NCBI GenBank assembly: GCA_963710605.1 | Contig: CAVQBA010000004.1 | Span: 1,152,001 to 1,216,000, forward strand | Direction: 5' to 3' | DNA from: an uncultured cyanobacterium | GTDB taxonomy: Bacteria; Cyanobacteriota; Cyanobacteriia; Cyanobacteriales; Cyanobacteriaceae | DNA: 64,000 bases | In this document: positions 39,539 through 49,305 of the stretch, one piece after another | Layout of the letters: each line of letters opens with the position of its first letter | How positions within the stretch are numbered: position 1 is the first letter of the stretch | The notes under the pieces: generated by a model | Seen by the model: only the letters and a program-made list of their open reading frames with translations | The model's database searches: none | Told to the model about the DNA's origin: nothing | Program-made: the position numbers and the translations under genes

Positions 39539-39736
39539 ATGACTTCTGAAATCAAAAATTCTAACCAAGTACAAAAAGAAGATATTAGTGATTATGTTGC
39601 ACATCTACAAGTGCATATGAGTTTACAGTCTCGTAATTTATTACCACAAACAGATTCACTGATCGATTCATCTAGTGATTTACTGTATCAAACTCAAATT
39701 AATCTGGAAAAATTTGCTTCTCGTGAATTAGCTTAA
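39539..39736 (+). CDS. Small hypothetical protein
   Basis: 65-aa ORF alone in an intergenic gap, followed by a hairpin (atagccata...tatggctat). Confidence 0.65.
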   Translation: MTSEIKNSNQVQKEDISDYVAHLQVHMSLQSRNLLPQTDSLIDSSSDLLYQTQINLEKFASRELA

Positions 39737-39896
39737 GTTTTTTGATTAAAAAATAATTATTATAGCCATATCGCTCAAATGATTAAAATGATTAATATGG
39801 CTATTTTGCTGTTCACGAATATATATAATTGACGATGATTACGATCAATTTGTGATAGACAAATTAAAAATAACCAAAAATAAGTTAAATTATTAT

Positions 39897-40685
39897 TTAA
39901 GAAAATAAATCATTCCCGACAATCATTTGTTTTTCAACATGACCGTTATTACTATAACTAGGTTTTCTTAAATCATGAACGTTACGACTCATTTCACGAG
40001 CTTGATGATAACTATCAATATCTCCTTGTTCAAAATAAAGTAAAGCCGCTTTACGTAAGTCATCAACAGCTTTTTGTCGATTGTCTTGTTCTAGATAAAC
40101 AATTCCTCGCTTATGATATGCTTTGGCTAAAGTAGAATCTTCCTTGATTGCCTCTGTATAATCTTTTAACGCACCTTCTTTATTACCTAGGTTTTCGTAA
40201 CCTACTCCTCTTTCGTAAAAGAATAAAGCAGGATTTTCTTCGCTACGAATGTTTTGAGATAAGTTGACAACGTTTTCGACGTTTTCAATCGTATTGACTA
40301 ACTTATTTAATTCTTGATTTTGTAAGTCTAATCTTTGAATTTCTTGAATTAGCTTTTGTTTGTCTTCTTCTCGATGCTCATTAGTTGTCAGTTTTATTCG
40401 CTCAATTAAATTACCTAATTGCGCATGGTTTTTAATTAATTGCTCTTCGGTTTGCGTTTGATTAGTTTCTAGTTTTTGGCTTAAATCATTAATAGTTACT
40501 TGTTGAGCATTATGTGCTTCAATCAAACTATTTACTGATTGCTGACGACTTAACAAATTACAACCTATGCCTAATGTTAAAGGTACACTGGCAAAAGCAA
40601 TATTATTAGTCACAATAGAAGCAATCGCACCAAGACTAGAAATACCTAAACCTACATAACCGAGAATATCCTGTTTTTTTTCCAT
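39897..40685 (-). CDS. Membrane-anchored TPR protein (Slr0151-like)
   Basis: N-terminal hydrophobic helices, coiled coil, TPR repeats (FYERG..A..DY..A; AYHKRG..A..DL..A). Confidence 0.78.
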   Translation of the reverse strand: MEKKQDILGYVGLGISSLGAIASIVTNNIAFASVPLTLGIGCNLLSRQQSVNSLIEAHNAQQVTINDLSQKLETNQTQTEEQLIKNHAQLGNLIERIKLTTNEHREEDKQKLIQEIQRLDLQNQELNKLVNTIENVENVVNLSQNIRSEENPALFFYERGVGYENLGNKEGALKDYTEAIKEDSTLAKAYHKRGIVYLEQDNRQKAVDDLRKAALLYFEQGDIDSYHQAREMSRNVHDLRKPSYSNNGHVEKQMIVGNDLFS

Positions 40686-40878
40686 TTTTTTATCTGTTTA
40701 AAATCTAAATTTGTATATATCAGCTATGACTATCTTGTTAAAACAGAAAATTAAGTGATCATTTAACTATTCAGAATTAATATGAGAGAGATTAATTAAT
40801 CAATCTCTCAATTAAAATAAAGGCATTGTCAATCTCGTAATTACTATTTTTTGAGAAAAGTGAATTAAATTAGTTAAA

Positions 40879-41331
40879 TTAACTTAAAACTGCTCTATTT
40901 AATTCAAATACAGGTAAAGCCACTTTTAACTCTTCGGCGGAAAAAAATTGAGGTATTACTTCTAATAAAATATCGTAAGTATCGTTATTATCTTCTTCAA
41001 AATTATAAGCACGAGCAATAGATTGAAACCAGACCAAACTACTAGTGCGTAAACGTTCTAAATCATCAAATAATAAAGCGGCGGCTAAGTAATGAAGTAG
41101 ATTTTTAAAGTCTCGTTTGCAAGTCGGATAATAATCTTCAAATTCAGGATTACGTTTTTGCTTAACTAATTTCACTTGCTCAATCATTTCCTCATTTAAG
41201 GTTTTAATTTTGTTATAAGCACTAATTCGGGCAGATTGAGACTCTAAGTAATCTTCTAAAAATTGTAACTCGTAATCTTGAGCATAACGGCCATCTACTT
41301 CGATCGTTAAATCGGCTAATTCTTTTAACAT
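40879..41331 (-). CDS. Phycobiliprotein-like globin-fold protein (Slr0149-like)
   Basis: DGRYA...EL; TCKRD bilin-Cys-like motif. Confidence 0.75.
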   Translation of the reverse strand: MLKELADLTIEVDGRYAQDYELQFLEDYLESQSARISAYNKIKTLNEEMIEQVKLVKQKRNPEFEDYYPTCKRDFKNLLHYLAAALLFDDLERLRTSSLVWFQSIARAYNFEEDNNDTYDILLEVIPQFFSAEELKVALPVFELNRAVLS

Positions 41332-41370
41332 GATTGAAAATTCCTAATTTTTTTTAAATAAATGTACTAA

Positions 41371-41856
41371 TTAAATAATATCGTCAGTTTTAGCTAGATA
41401 TTGAGATACTTCTCCTTTAGTGTTTTTCAGTTGACTAATCATCGATCGAGTAATTAACTTACTTTCTTCTACCAAAATTTTGCCTGAGATAGGATGTAAA
41501 ATACTTTGAGTCGCTCTTCTACCAATCAACTCTTCTACATCATCAATTTCACTTAAATACATTCCCGCAGGAAGTTCGACAACAACACCCTCGGCGATTA
41601 CTCGTGCTTGACAAGCCAAACGAGAGTTCAATTTACAAGTAGTAATCACCCCTAAAGTTCTTTTTTCTCGGCGATTCATTGGTGAAAGTCCTTCCATACC
41701 TTCTTTTACATAGATATGACAAGTCGAACACATTCCCCTACCACCACATTCTCTGGCAATATTTAAATCGTTTTTGAGTAATCCCGATAATAAATTGTCA
41801 TTAGTTTTAATGGTGGTTTCTGTTCCCAAAGTAGCTAAATGAATTGTTTTTACCAT
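41371..41856 (-). CDS. 2Fe-2S ferredoxin with C-terminal extension (Slr0148/Fd5-like)
   Basis: CGGRGMCSTCH...RLACQ. Confidence 0.85.
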   Translation of the reverse strand: MVKTIHLATLGTETTIKTNDNLLSGLLKNDLNIARECGGRGMCSTCHIYVKEGMEGLSPMNRREKRTLGVITTCKLNSRLACQARVIAEGVVVELPAGMYLSEIDDVEELIGRRATQSILHPISGKILVEESKLITRSMISQLKNTKGEVSQYLAKTDDII

Positions 41857-41972
41857 TATCTCCTCCCTAATAATTAATAATTAATAATTTTACCAATAAC
41901 TCAACCGTCAAGAAGATTGCTTATTTATACTCATCAATCAGTATCAACGTTTAATCTAAAAACAGAGTTAAT

Positions 41973-42644
41973 TTATACAGCAGACTGGTTAGATAATAAT
42001 GCCAGGATTTGAGAATGTTCATAACTTTCTTCTTCTAGCCATGTTTTAACAACCTCAATTCTAGTTTCTAAACCAATGATAAAAGTGTTATGTTTAGCAC
42101 CCATTGATTCACAACTAGTTTGAATACAAGCTAATTCTTCCCCTGTTAATTGAGTGAAAAAAGAACTTAAAATACCTGCTTCTAATTGACAAGAAAATTC
42201 TTGGTTGTCAGGGGCAGTTTGGGCAAAAGGTGAATTGACAGTGCTAACACTAATCAAACCTTGAGGATAATAATCAAAATCAAAATCAATCACACCCCAA
42301 CCATGTACTTTCCAACATTGTTTAAAACAACTCAAAAAACCCGCCATTTCCATTTGGGCAAGATTTGTTTCGTAATAAGCACTAGTTTCTTCGACAAAAC
42401 GACGATAAAAATTTTTACCCCACCAACGTCCACAGTTGTATAAAACTAACCCCGTAGCTTGTCCTATTTCTTCGTTTAAACCAGCAAATAATCCTTCCAT
42501 GAATACTTCAGGTAAAGCGATTAAACGAGAGCCTTGTCTGGTTTCGAGTAAACCTAATTCAAAATCTCCTTGTACATAAGCAGAAGGTTCAAAATAGTTA
42601 CCTTTTACTGGTTTTTCTTTAATTAAATCAGCGACTGAAAACAT
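41973..42644 (-). CDS. V4R-domain protein (Slr0147-like)
   Basis: G.WWG..F, HGWG, SPFA, C..EAG.L...F, CIQTSCESMG. Confidence 0.82.
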   Translation of the reverse strand: MFSVADLIKEKPVKGNYFEPSAYVQGDFELGLLETRQGSRLIALPEVFMEGLFAGLNEEIGQATGLVLYNCGRWWGKNFYRRFVEETSAYYETNLAQMEMAGFLSCFKQCWKVHGWGVIDFDFDYYPQGLISVSTVNSPFAQTAPDNQEFSCQLEAGILSSFFTQLTGEELACIQTSCESMGAKHNTFIIGLETRIEVVKTWLEEESYEHSQILALLSNQSAV

Positions 42645-42678
42645 TTGTTGTTTCTCCTAATAGATTATTTAGCTCAAC

Positions 42679-43161
42679 TTATGAATTATCAACGGCAACC
42701 AAACTAGTACTTAAATAGTCGTTAGCTTGTGCCAAAAACGGTTTGATATATACCAAGTCTTTTTCGGCAAATAATTTACGTAGTTTGTTAAGTAGTAATG
42801 TATGCAAACTATCGGATATTGACGAAGCTTGATGGGCTTGCACTATATCAGTTAGCCATTCTAGTAAACGACGCTCAAGAAATTCATGATTATTTAATAA
42901 CATTGCCATCGCACAATAACGGCTAATAGTTATCCATTGATGAATACTAGATTGAATTAAAGGTATTTTGTCTTCGGTATATTTTTCAACTAGTTGATTG
43001 GCTACATCCTGAAATATATTAATTTCTTGATCTCTCAAACTTTTGTAAAGATTCATTCTTTGTTTAAGAGTAGATGTTTCTGTTTTTAAATTCTCAATTT
43101 CTTCTGGTTGTAAATATTGAGATTCAGCTTGATGTATTAGTTCTAGTAAAGTTGGGTACAT
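42679..43161 (-). CDS. Phycobiliprotein-like globin-fold protein (Slr0146-like)
   Basis: AESQYL..EE and RYCAMAML..L..RLL.W; lacks the CxRD motif. Confidence 0.72.
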   Translation of the reverse strand: MYPTLLELIHQAESQYLQPEEIENLKTETSTLKQRMNLYKSLRDQEINIFQDVANQLVEKYTEDKIPLIQSSIHQWITISRYCAMAMLLNNHEFLERRLLEWLTDIVQAHQASSISDSLHTLLLNKLRKLFAEKDLVYIKPFLAQANDYLSTSLVAVDNS

Positions 43162-43173
43162 AGTATCGTTTTT

Positions 43174-43572
43174 TTACATTAAATCTGATAAGTCTTGTAA
43201 GTTAAATGTCGATCGAGGTTGAGAATGAATCTGTTTTTCTTGACTCAAGTGAGGTTGTGTACCTATTTGCTTAACTGTTGCATTTCTTTGTTTTTGCCCC
43301 TGCCAGACTATTCTTTGGAAAAACTCTTCTACAGACATTTTCAATGAATAAACAGAGCCACCAGAAACTTCCGAGATACTATCCTCAGCAGAATTAACAG
43401 GTATTCCTTGCCAATTATTAAGCGTAAAATACTCCTCAACAGTTAAACCCAAATGAAGCTCATTTACTGGTTTTGAATTCAATAAAGAAACATCATCATC
43501 AACTAATTTTAACCCTTGCCAATTAGCACTCTGAAAAAAATCCGCTACTGTTTGATTGCCAGAGGATATCAT
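43174..43572 (-). CDS. Hypothetical protein with three (T/S)VxxF/YFxxxxWQG repeats (Slr0145-like)
   Basis: TVADFFQSANWQG, TVEEYFTLNNWQG, SVEEFFQRIVWQG. Confidence 0.7.
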   Translation of the reverse strand: MISSGNQTVADFFQSANWQGLKLVDDDVSLLNSKPVNELHLGLTVEEYFTLNNWQGIPVNSAEDSISEVSGGSVYSLKMSVEEFFQRIVWQGQKQRNATVKQIGTQPHLSQEKQIHSQPRSTFNLQDLSDLM

Positions 43573-44285
43573 TTGAGATATTCTCCATTAACTAATCTTT
43601 TCTCAATATCTTTAGTTGTTGCTCCTTCGTTTTGCCAAAAAGTTGCCGCATCAATCCGATTTTGTTTACCTAATAAAAATTTACAATAGGTTTCTCCCAT
43701 CGAATAACATTGAATTTCGATACAGTTAAGGTTTTTATTAATAAAAGTACTAAAAAATCCGGCTAATAATCCTGCATAAATATGACAAACAGGTTTACCA
43801 ACATCTCCTAAAGTACGTGCCACCGCCGAATCAAAAATATTAACGAACATAAAGCCATTTTTTTGCTCGCTTAAATCTACATCCCAATTACCCCATCCTT
43901 GAGCTGTAAATGGCCACCACCATGCTTCTAATACATAGAGTAGATTAATTTCATGAATAGTTTTCTCGTATTGAAATTCTTGCTCGAACCATTTTTCAAA
44001 AAATTTAGCATCTCTAACGCCCCATGCTTTACCGATGTTATACATGACGACACTAGAAGCTGAGCCGACTTCTTCTTCTAATCCTTCAATTAAACCGATG
44101 ATAAATTCTTCACTAACTAATACATTGCGAGATTCATTCCAATCGGTAATACTACCTTTGTTTGTGTCAAAATTGAAAAAGTCTCCGACTGTATAGTGAG
44201 CGTGTTTTTGAGGATATTTACTTTTTAACAAATTACGGTTGATGGCATCAACTACTTTAGTTGGCTTTGCAGGTGTAAATGTCAT
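43569..44285 (-). CDS. V4R-domain protein (Slr0144-like)
   Basis: QGWG.W, DSAVARTLG.VGKPVCHIYAG, CIEIQCYSMG..YCKF. Confidence 0.85.
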   Translation of the reverse strand: MTFTPAKPTKVVDAINRNLLKSKYPQKHAHYTVGDFFNFDTNKGSITDWNESRNVLVSEEFIIGLIEGLEEEVGSASSVVMYNIGKAWGVRDAKFFEKWFEQEFQYEKTIHEINLLYVLEAWWWPFTAQGWGNWDVDLSEQKNGFMFVNIFDSAVARTLGDVGKPVCHIYAGLLAGFFSTFINKNLNCIEIQCYSMGETYCKFLLGKQNRIDAATFWQNEGATTKDIEKRLVNGEYLK

Positions 44286-44994
44286 TATTTATTTACCAGT
44301 TTGTAATATATTTATTTTTTTATTTTAATTTAGACAATCACGTTTTAACTCAAAGTTAAGTCTCTTTACTCTGGAATAATATAATGTTTATCGTAATTTA
44401 AGGTTGGATAAAGCTATTACCTTCAAAAAAAACTTAAGTTTTGTGTTTTAGATCCAAAATTAATTTTTAGTATAACTATATCTTACCCAAAAAAAAGTAG
44501 AATAAATCACTTTCTAAGCTTTTTGTTTTACTTTCCAAATTTATTTCTATTTCTCAGTTTTTATCAATTTGTAATGTTTTCAAGTATAAATACGTAATTG
44601 TTTCGTACTTAGGTAATTACGAGGCTTAGCTCGGATCTACAAATAGCGTTTAATCATCTTTTTTTCTTGAATAAATATTTGGGTTATATATTTGGCTAAT
44701 ACAGTTATTTGTTAATATTTCTAATACTTATAAAAACAAGCTAATTATTTAAACTTTATTCATTTTAAATCAATATTTTTCGTAGTGAATATTAATTATT
44801 ATTTTTCTATTTTTTATCTTTGCTATTAATAATATGCTTGAGTTTGATTAATAAATAACAAAAAATTTTATTCTTTTTGAAATTTATTAATCTCAGGTTT
44901 AAGAAAATGTAGAACGATTATTCTGTATTTAGCGATCGATCGTAATGGTTATAGGGATGAATAATAATTGTTTTAAAAGCATCGCAATTATTTG

Positions 44995-46458
44995 TTAATT
45001 ATCTGCTGATACACCAACCTTTTTTTTCCACTCTTTATCGGTAAAATTTTCATAATACGATCGTTCTACATTTACTTGCCACAAGTCATGATTTTCGCCC
45101 ATAATATTTTTTGCCGCTAATAATCCTGTTAACATAGAATGATCTTGATTATTATAACGGTGCATACCATTACGACCAACTGTTTGTAAATTAGTAAACT
45201 GCTTTAAATACTCCCGAATTACTTGTAAATGAGAGTAATAATCTCGATCGTAAACAGGATAAGCTTTCTTTTGTCGTAACACAGTAGCATCTTTAACCAA
45301 ATCGGCTTTAGCTAAACCCAAACCATCTATTTCTTTAGTTGCTAGAGCGATTAATTCTTCATCATTCGATTCCCAAATACGATCGCCCTCAGAACAAAAA
45401 TACTCCATCCCCAAGCAAGTTTTACTCAAATCAGGAACCATTTTCGGACTCCAATTTTTAAAATTTTGAATTCTACCAACACTAAAATCAGGGCTATGAA
45501 TATAAATCCAATTATCAGGAAATAGTTCAGGTTTATCAATGATTAAAGCCACAATCAAAAAATCTCGGTAACTTAAACCATTACAAGCATCTATAATTTC
45601 TTGAGGCGGTTGAGGATTAAATACTCTGAGTAGAGTAGAAATGGGCATACTAGAGATATAAGATTCAGCTTCGATCGTTTCTCGTTGCTCACCATTTTGT
45701 ACTTGTATCGATGTAATCTTATTATTTTCGTGGTTAATTTGAACAGCTTTGGTATTCATTTTTACTTCACCACCACTATTATCAATACGATCGGCAAAAG
45801 CCTCCCACATTTGTCCTGGCCCTAAAATCGGATAATCAAATTTAGTAATCAAACTTTTAGCATTACTTTTACCCAAAACAGTATTTTTAGCAACTTCTTT
45901 TAGGGACATTCCTTTAATTCTCTGTTGCGCCCACTCTGCTTGTATTTCAGTACAAGGTATGCCCCAAACTTTTTCAGTATATGTTTTAAAGAAAGTATTG
46001 TAAAGTCTTTCACCAAAACTACCGATCACCCATTCTTCAAAATTAGCCGCTTCTTTCTTATCAAATTTTTGTTTAACTTTTTCTCTTAAATAACTCCAGA
46101 TAATTAGATAACTATTAACAACCCCTAGATTAGATAAAGTACTTTTTACCGAAATAGGATAATCAAAAAATTTACCGTCATAAAAGATTCTGGATAATCG
46201 AGGTACTTGAATAAATTTGTCACCCAAAACTTCCTGCCATAATTGATTAACTTCTCCTACTTTAGTAAAAAAGCGATGTCCACCTATATCAAAGCGGTAT
46301 CCTTTATATATTTCAGTTTTAGCAATGCCACCTACTTGATCAGATTGCTCCAAAACTAATGGACTATAATCGTTTTTTACTAATTGATAACCAGCCGTTA
46401 ATCCAGCCGGTCCTCCACCGATAATAATAATTTGTCTTTGCTCACACTTGACATTCAT
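44995..46458 (-). CDS. FAD-dependent oxidoreductase (HemY/UDP-galactopyranose mutase-like)
   Basis: IGGGPAGL, FDIGGHRF, GRNGMHRYNNQDHSM. Confidence 0.85.
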   Translation of the reverse strand: MNVKCEQRQIIIIGGGPAGLTAGYQLVKNDYSPLVLEQSDQVGGIAKTEIYKGYRFDIGGHRFFTKVGEVNQLWQEVLGDKFIQVPRLSRIFYDGKFFDYPISVKSTLSNLGVVNSYLIIWSYLREKVKQKFDKKEAANFEEWVIGSFGERLYNTFFKTYTEKVWGIPCTEIQAEWAQQRIKGMSLKEVAKNTVLGKSNAKSLITKFDYPILGPGQMWEAFADRIDNSGGEVKMNTKAVQINHENNKITSIQVQNGEQRETIEAESYISSMPISTLLRVFNPQPPQEIIDACNGLSYRDFLIVALIIDKPELFPDNWIYIHSPDFSVGRIQNFKNWSPKMVPDLSKTCLGMEYFCSEGDRIWESNDEELIALATKEIDGLGLAKADLVKDATVLRQKKAYPVYDRDYYSHLQVIREYLKQFTNLQTVGRNGMHRYNNQDHSMLTGLLAAKNIMGENHDLWQVNVERSYYENFTDKEWKKKVGVSADN

Positions 46459-47093
46459 AGAATAATTAAATAATTTTTTTTTGGTTCGAGAGTTTCTACC
46501 TTTTGTTTTTATAATCGCGTCTAAATCGTAATCAGTAGTAAATTTTATTACTTGTATGTTACGCTTATTCGGTCTAAAAACAAGAGTTATGGTGACTTTC
46601 TAATTTTGCTTGATATTTACATATTAATATACAACAAATAACTATTTTTAGAATAGCGTGGGCTACAAAAACAGGAAAAATATTGTACTTAAGCAAAAAA
46701 CTTTTAACTACAAAGATAAAACAGTTTTATTAAATATTAGGTATGATTTGATAAATAGTTAATCTGAAACAAAATTTAATTATAATTTGATTGACACTTT
46801 GATAAATTATTTATGACTATCAAATTGATATAGCTAGTTTATTGAAAAGGTCGATCGATTAATTAACAATCAATCTTGATCAACTTTAACTAATAGTTTA
46901 TCTATTTATTAAAATTATCATTGCGAGATTTAACTACTATGAAAATTGATTTTATTTATTTAATAGTTAAGTATGAAAAATATTAAATATGTAGCTACTC
47001 AGCTAATTTTTACGGATAGTTATGATCAAAATTGAAAAAGTATTGACAAAACTAATTAAGTTATTTTTATTAATGATCGTAACAGTCAATCTT

Positions 47094-47501
47094 CTAGCGA
47101 ATTTTATGGACATCAATCACATGGAATTCATTAAAGACACCAATTGTTTGAAACTCGTATAAGTAAAGATTAGTTTCATACACACTAAAAAGAAGAAAAT
47201 TTTGGCGTTGAGTATTTTGTGCAACAAGATTTGGTATTTTCGCTCTACCTGTATCTAATAATAAATTACAAACCTGATTTTTAATTATTTGTTCTAAATT
47301 TGCTGATTCTGAAGAGCAAACATTTTCTTTAGCGTAAATAACTAATTGCTCGGTGGCAAATTCTTCATATTTTTGACTAGAAGGATTGGTAAACATGAAG
47401 ATTACACTGGTGACTAAAACTAATCCACCGCCAAATTTAAAAATACAAGAATAAGGATTAGATTGATCAGGAGGGAATGAATTCATAAAAAAATAGAGCA
47501 A
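47094..47501 (-). CDS. DUF4359 family protein
   Basis: TNPS...Y, T.RQNFLLFSVYET, TIGVF. Confidence 0.7.
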   Translation of the reverse strand: MLYFFMNSFPPDQSNPYSCIFKFGGGLVLVTSVIFMFTNPSSQKYEEFATEQLVIYAKENVCSSESANLEQIIKNQVCNLLLDTGRAKIPNLVAQNTQRQNFLLFSVYETNLYLYEFQTIGVFNEFHVIDVHKIR

Positions 47502-47553
47502 TTACTGGATCATCTTTAAAAAAGTGGTTATAATAATAAACTGTAAGAAGTAT

Positions 47554-47628
47554 GGCGAGCGTGGCCAAGTGGTTAAGGCGTCGGTTTGTGGTACCGATAT
47601 TTCGCGGGTTCGATTCCCGTCGTTCGCC
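47554..47628 (+). tRNA. trnH: tRNA-His (GTG)
   Basis: GGCGAGCGTGGCCAAGTGGTTAAGGCGTCGGTTTGTGGTACCGATATTTCGCGGGTTCGATTCCCGTCGTTCGCC; G-1 present; anticodon GTG. Confidence 0.96.
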
Positions 47629-48063
47629 CTTTATTTAATCTATAACGAGTATAGCTAATATTTGTCTGCCTGCTAGGAATGTATAGATTTGTTTAGGTAA
47701 TATTAGATACAGCCATTTGTTGCCAATACTGATTGGTCGCTGATTCTAAATTGAGACTATTTAAAAAAGTAATAACTCGAGCGAGATTCCAGATTAAAGT
47801 ATCTTCAAAATCGATCGATTCTATCCTAATTGCCTGAAACAAAATTTCTTGTATCAACTCAGTCGTCAAAATAATATTTTTAGCTTCTAACCAGATTTGT
47901 CGATCGAGTATTGTCAAATTTATTAGCTTGTGCTTCGATCGTTATAGCCGTTATCAAACCACAAACAACCAACATTAAATACAAATTAAAATTTTTTCTC
48001 ATGTTCATGACTAAATTTTTTTAATTATGGCTTTCTTGCCCAATAATTACTCTTTAATTCTCC

Positions 48064-48131
48064 CCGAATAATTGCTCGAAGAGCAAGAATTCATCTCCAT
48101 TCTCCATTCTCCATTCTCCATTCTCCATTCT
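48064..48131. repeat. 30-bp small dispersed repeat plus (CCATTCT)x5 array
   Basis: CCGAATAATTGC-TCGAAGA-GCAAGAATTCA followed by heptamers abutting the DMT stop. Confidence 0.8.
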
Positions 48132-48134
48132 TCT

Positions 48135-49154
48135 TCATCCGACTCCTTTATAAGCGATCGATTCATTCAATTCTTTATCATTAGGAGGTATGTTATCCAT
48201 AGCTTCTTGTTTTCTTAATTTAGTCAAACCAATTTGATTGAGAATAATTCCCACCACAATCACTGCACCGCCCATATATTGAGCGATAGTTGGTGCTTCT
48301 CTTAAGATTAAAAAAGCCGCTAATACACCGACAAGAGGATTAAAAGCAGTCGCCAAAGAAATTTCACTAGCACTACTTAATTTCAAACCCGTAAACCAAG
48401 CTAACTGTCCACCAACGACGATAACAGCACTATAAAGAAGCATCCACTGCCATAAAAAAGGCTGTGCTACGTCAGTAAAGTGATCAGGAGGAAAAAGAAT
48501 CAAAACAGCAATAAAAAAGAAAATAGTGCCAATTATCATCCGATAAACACTAAAAATACCCAGAGGTACTTCCTTTAAACTAATTTTACTAATCACATTA
48601 GCGATCGCTTTAAATATCGCCGCCACAAAAGTAAAAATTTCTCCCAAACCAAAATTAAAACCCATCATACTCATCATTTCATCGGCAGGAGGTTGGAGTA
48701 AAACCGTTAAGGTAACACCAATAAATGCGACTACAGCACCTGCAATAATCCATTTATTTACTTTTTCGCCTAACAATAATACCGAGATAGCTAAAACTAA
48801 AGGAGTGTCAATTTGTCCGATCAAAATTACGTTATTAACAGCAGTAATTTCTAACGCCATAAAAACTAAAGTAGGCACGATCGCCGCCCCTAAGACAGCT
48901 ACAATAGTCATGTTAAACCATTGTTTACCACTAATTTGCTTAAGTAAATGTCCTCGCCACTGCCCTTGATAAATAATTAACAATAAAATCAAGGCACATA
49001 AATTACCGACAAACAAGACATTACAAAATGAAATTGGATTACGCCCATCAACTAAATTTTCTGCTCCAACATCGGTTAATTTGCGAGTTACAGCATTTGC
49101 CGCCCCAAAAATAACGATCGCAATCATCAAATAAACTCTACCCATAGCAAACAA
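48135..49154 (-). CDS. DMT/EamA family transporter
   Basis: About 10 hydrophobic helices; LGEK and LILREAPT..Q..G repeats. Confidence 0.85.
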   Translation of the reverse strand: MFAMGRVYLMIAIVIFGAANAVTRKLTDVGAENLVDGRNPISFCNVLFVGNLCALILLLIIYQGQWRGHLLKQISGKQWFNMTIVAVLGAAIVPTLVFMALEITAVNNVILIGQIDTPLVLAISVLLLGEKVNKWIIAGAVVAFIGVTLTVLLQPPADEMMSMMGFNFGLGEIFTFVAAIFKAIANVISKISLKEVPLGIFSVYRMIIGTIFFFIAVLILFPPDHFTDVAQPFLWQWMLLYSAVIVVGGQLAWFTGLKLSSASEISLATAFNPLVGVLAAFLILREAPTIAQYMGGAVIVVGIILNQIGLTKLRKQEAMDNIPPNDKELNESIAYKGVG

Positions 49155-49264
49155 ATCAGTTTTTATTTTTACTCTCTACACAATATGATGAAATGTATTT
49201 TTCTAACTAACGTGAAGTAATAAATGTCATAATCAATATAACGCTTGAACAGCGAACAAAGTAC

Positions 49265-49297
49265 AATTATTAATTATTAATTATTAATTATTAATTA
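49265..49297. repeat. Heptamer array (AATTATT)n
   Basis: About 4.5 units just before the glcD ATG. Confidence 0.75.
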
Positions 49298-49305
49298 AAA
49301 TACGG

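Noticed and set aside
44286-44994. Hidden gene or NtcA box in the long AT-rich region upstream of the V4R operon
   Set aside because: No credible ORF found; GTAATTGTTTCGTAC has 9-bp spacing rather than the GTA-N8-TAC consensus
47554-48060. tRNA-targeted integrative island at tRNA-His (or tRNA-Gly)
   Set aside because: No integrase and no duplicated tRNA 3' end seen
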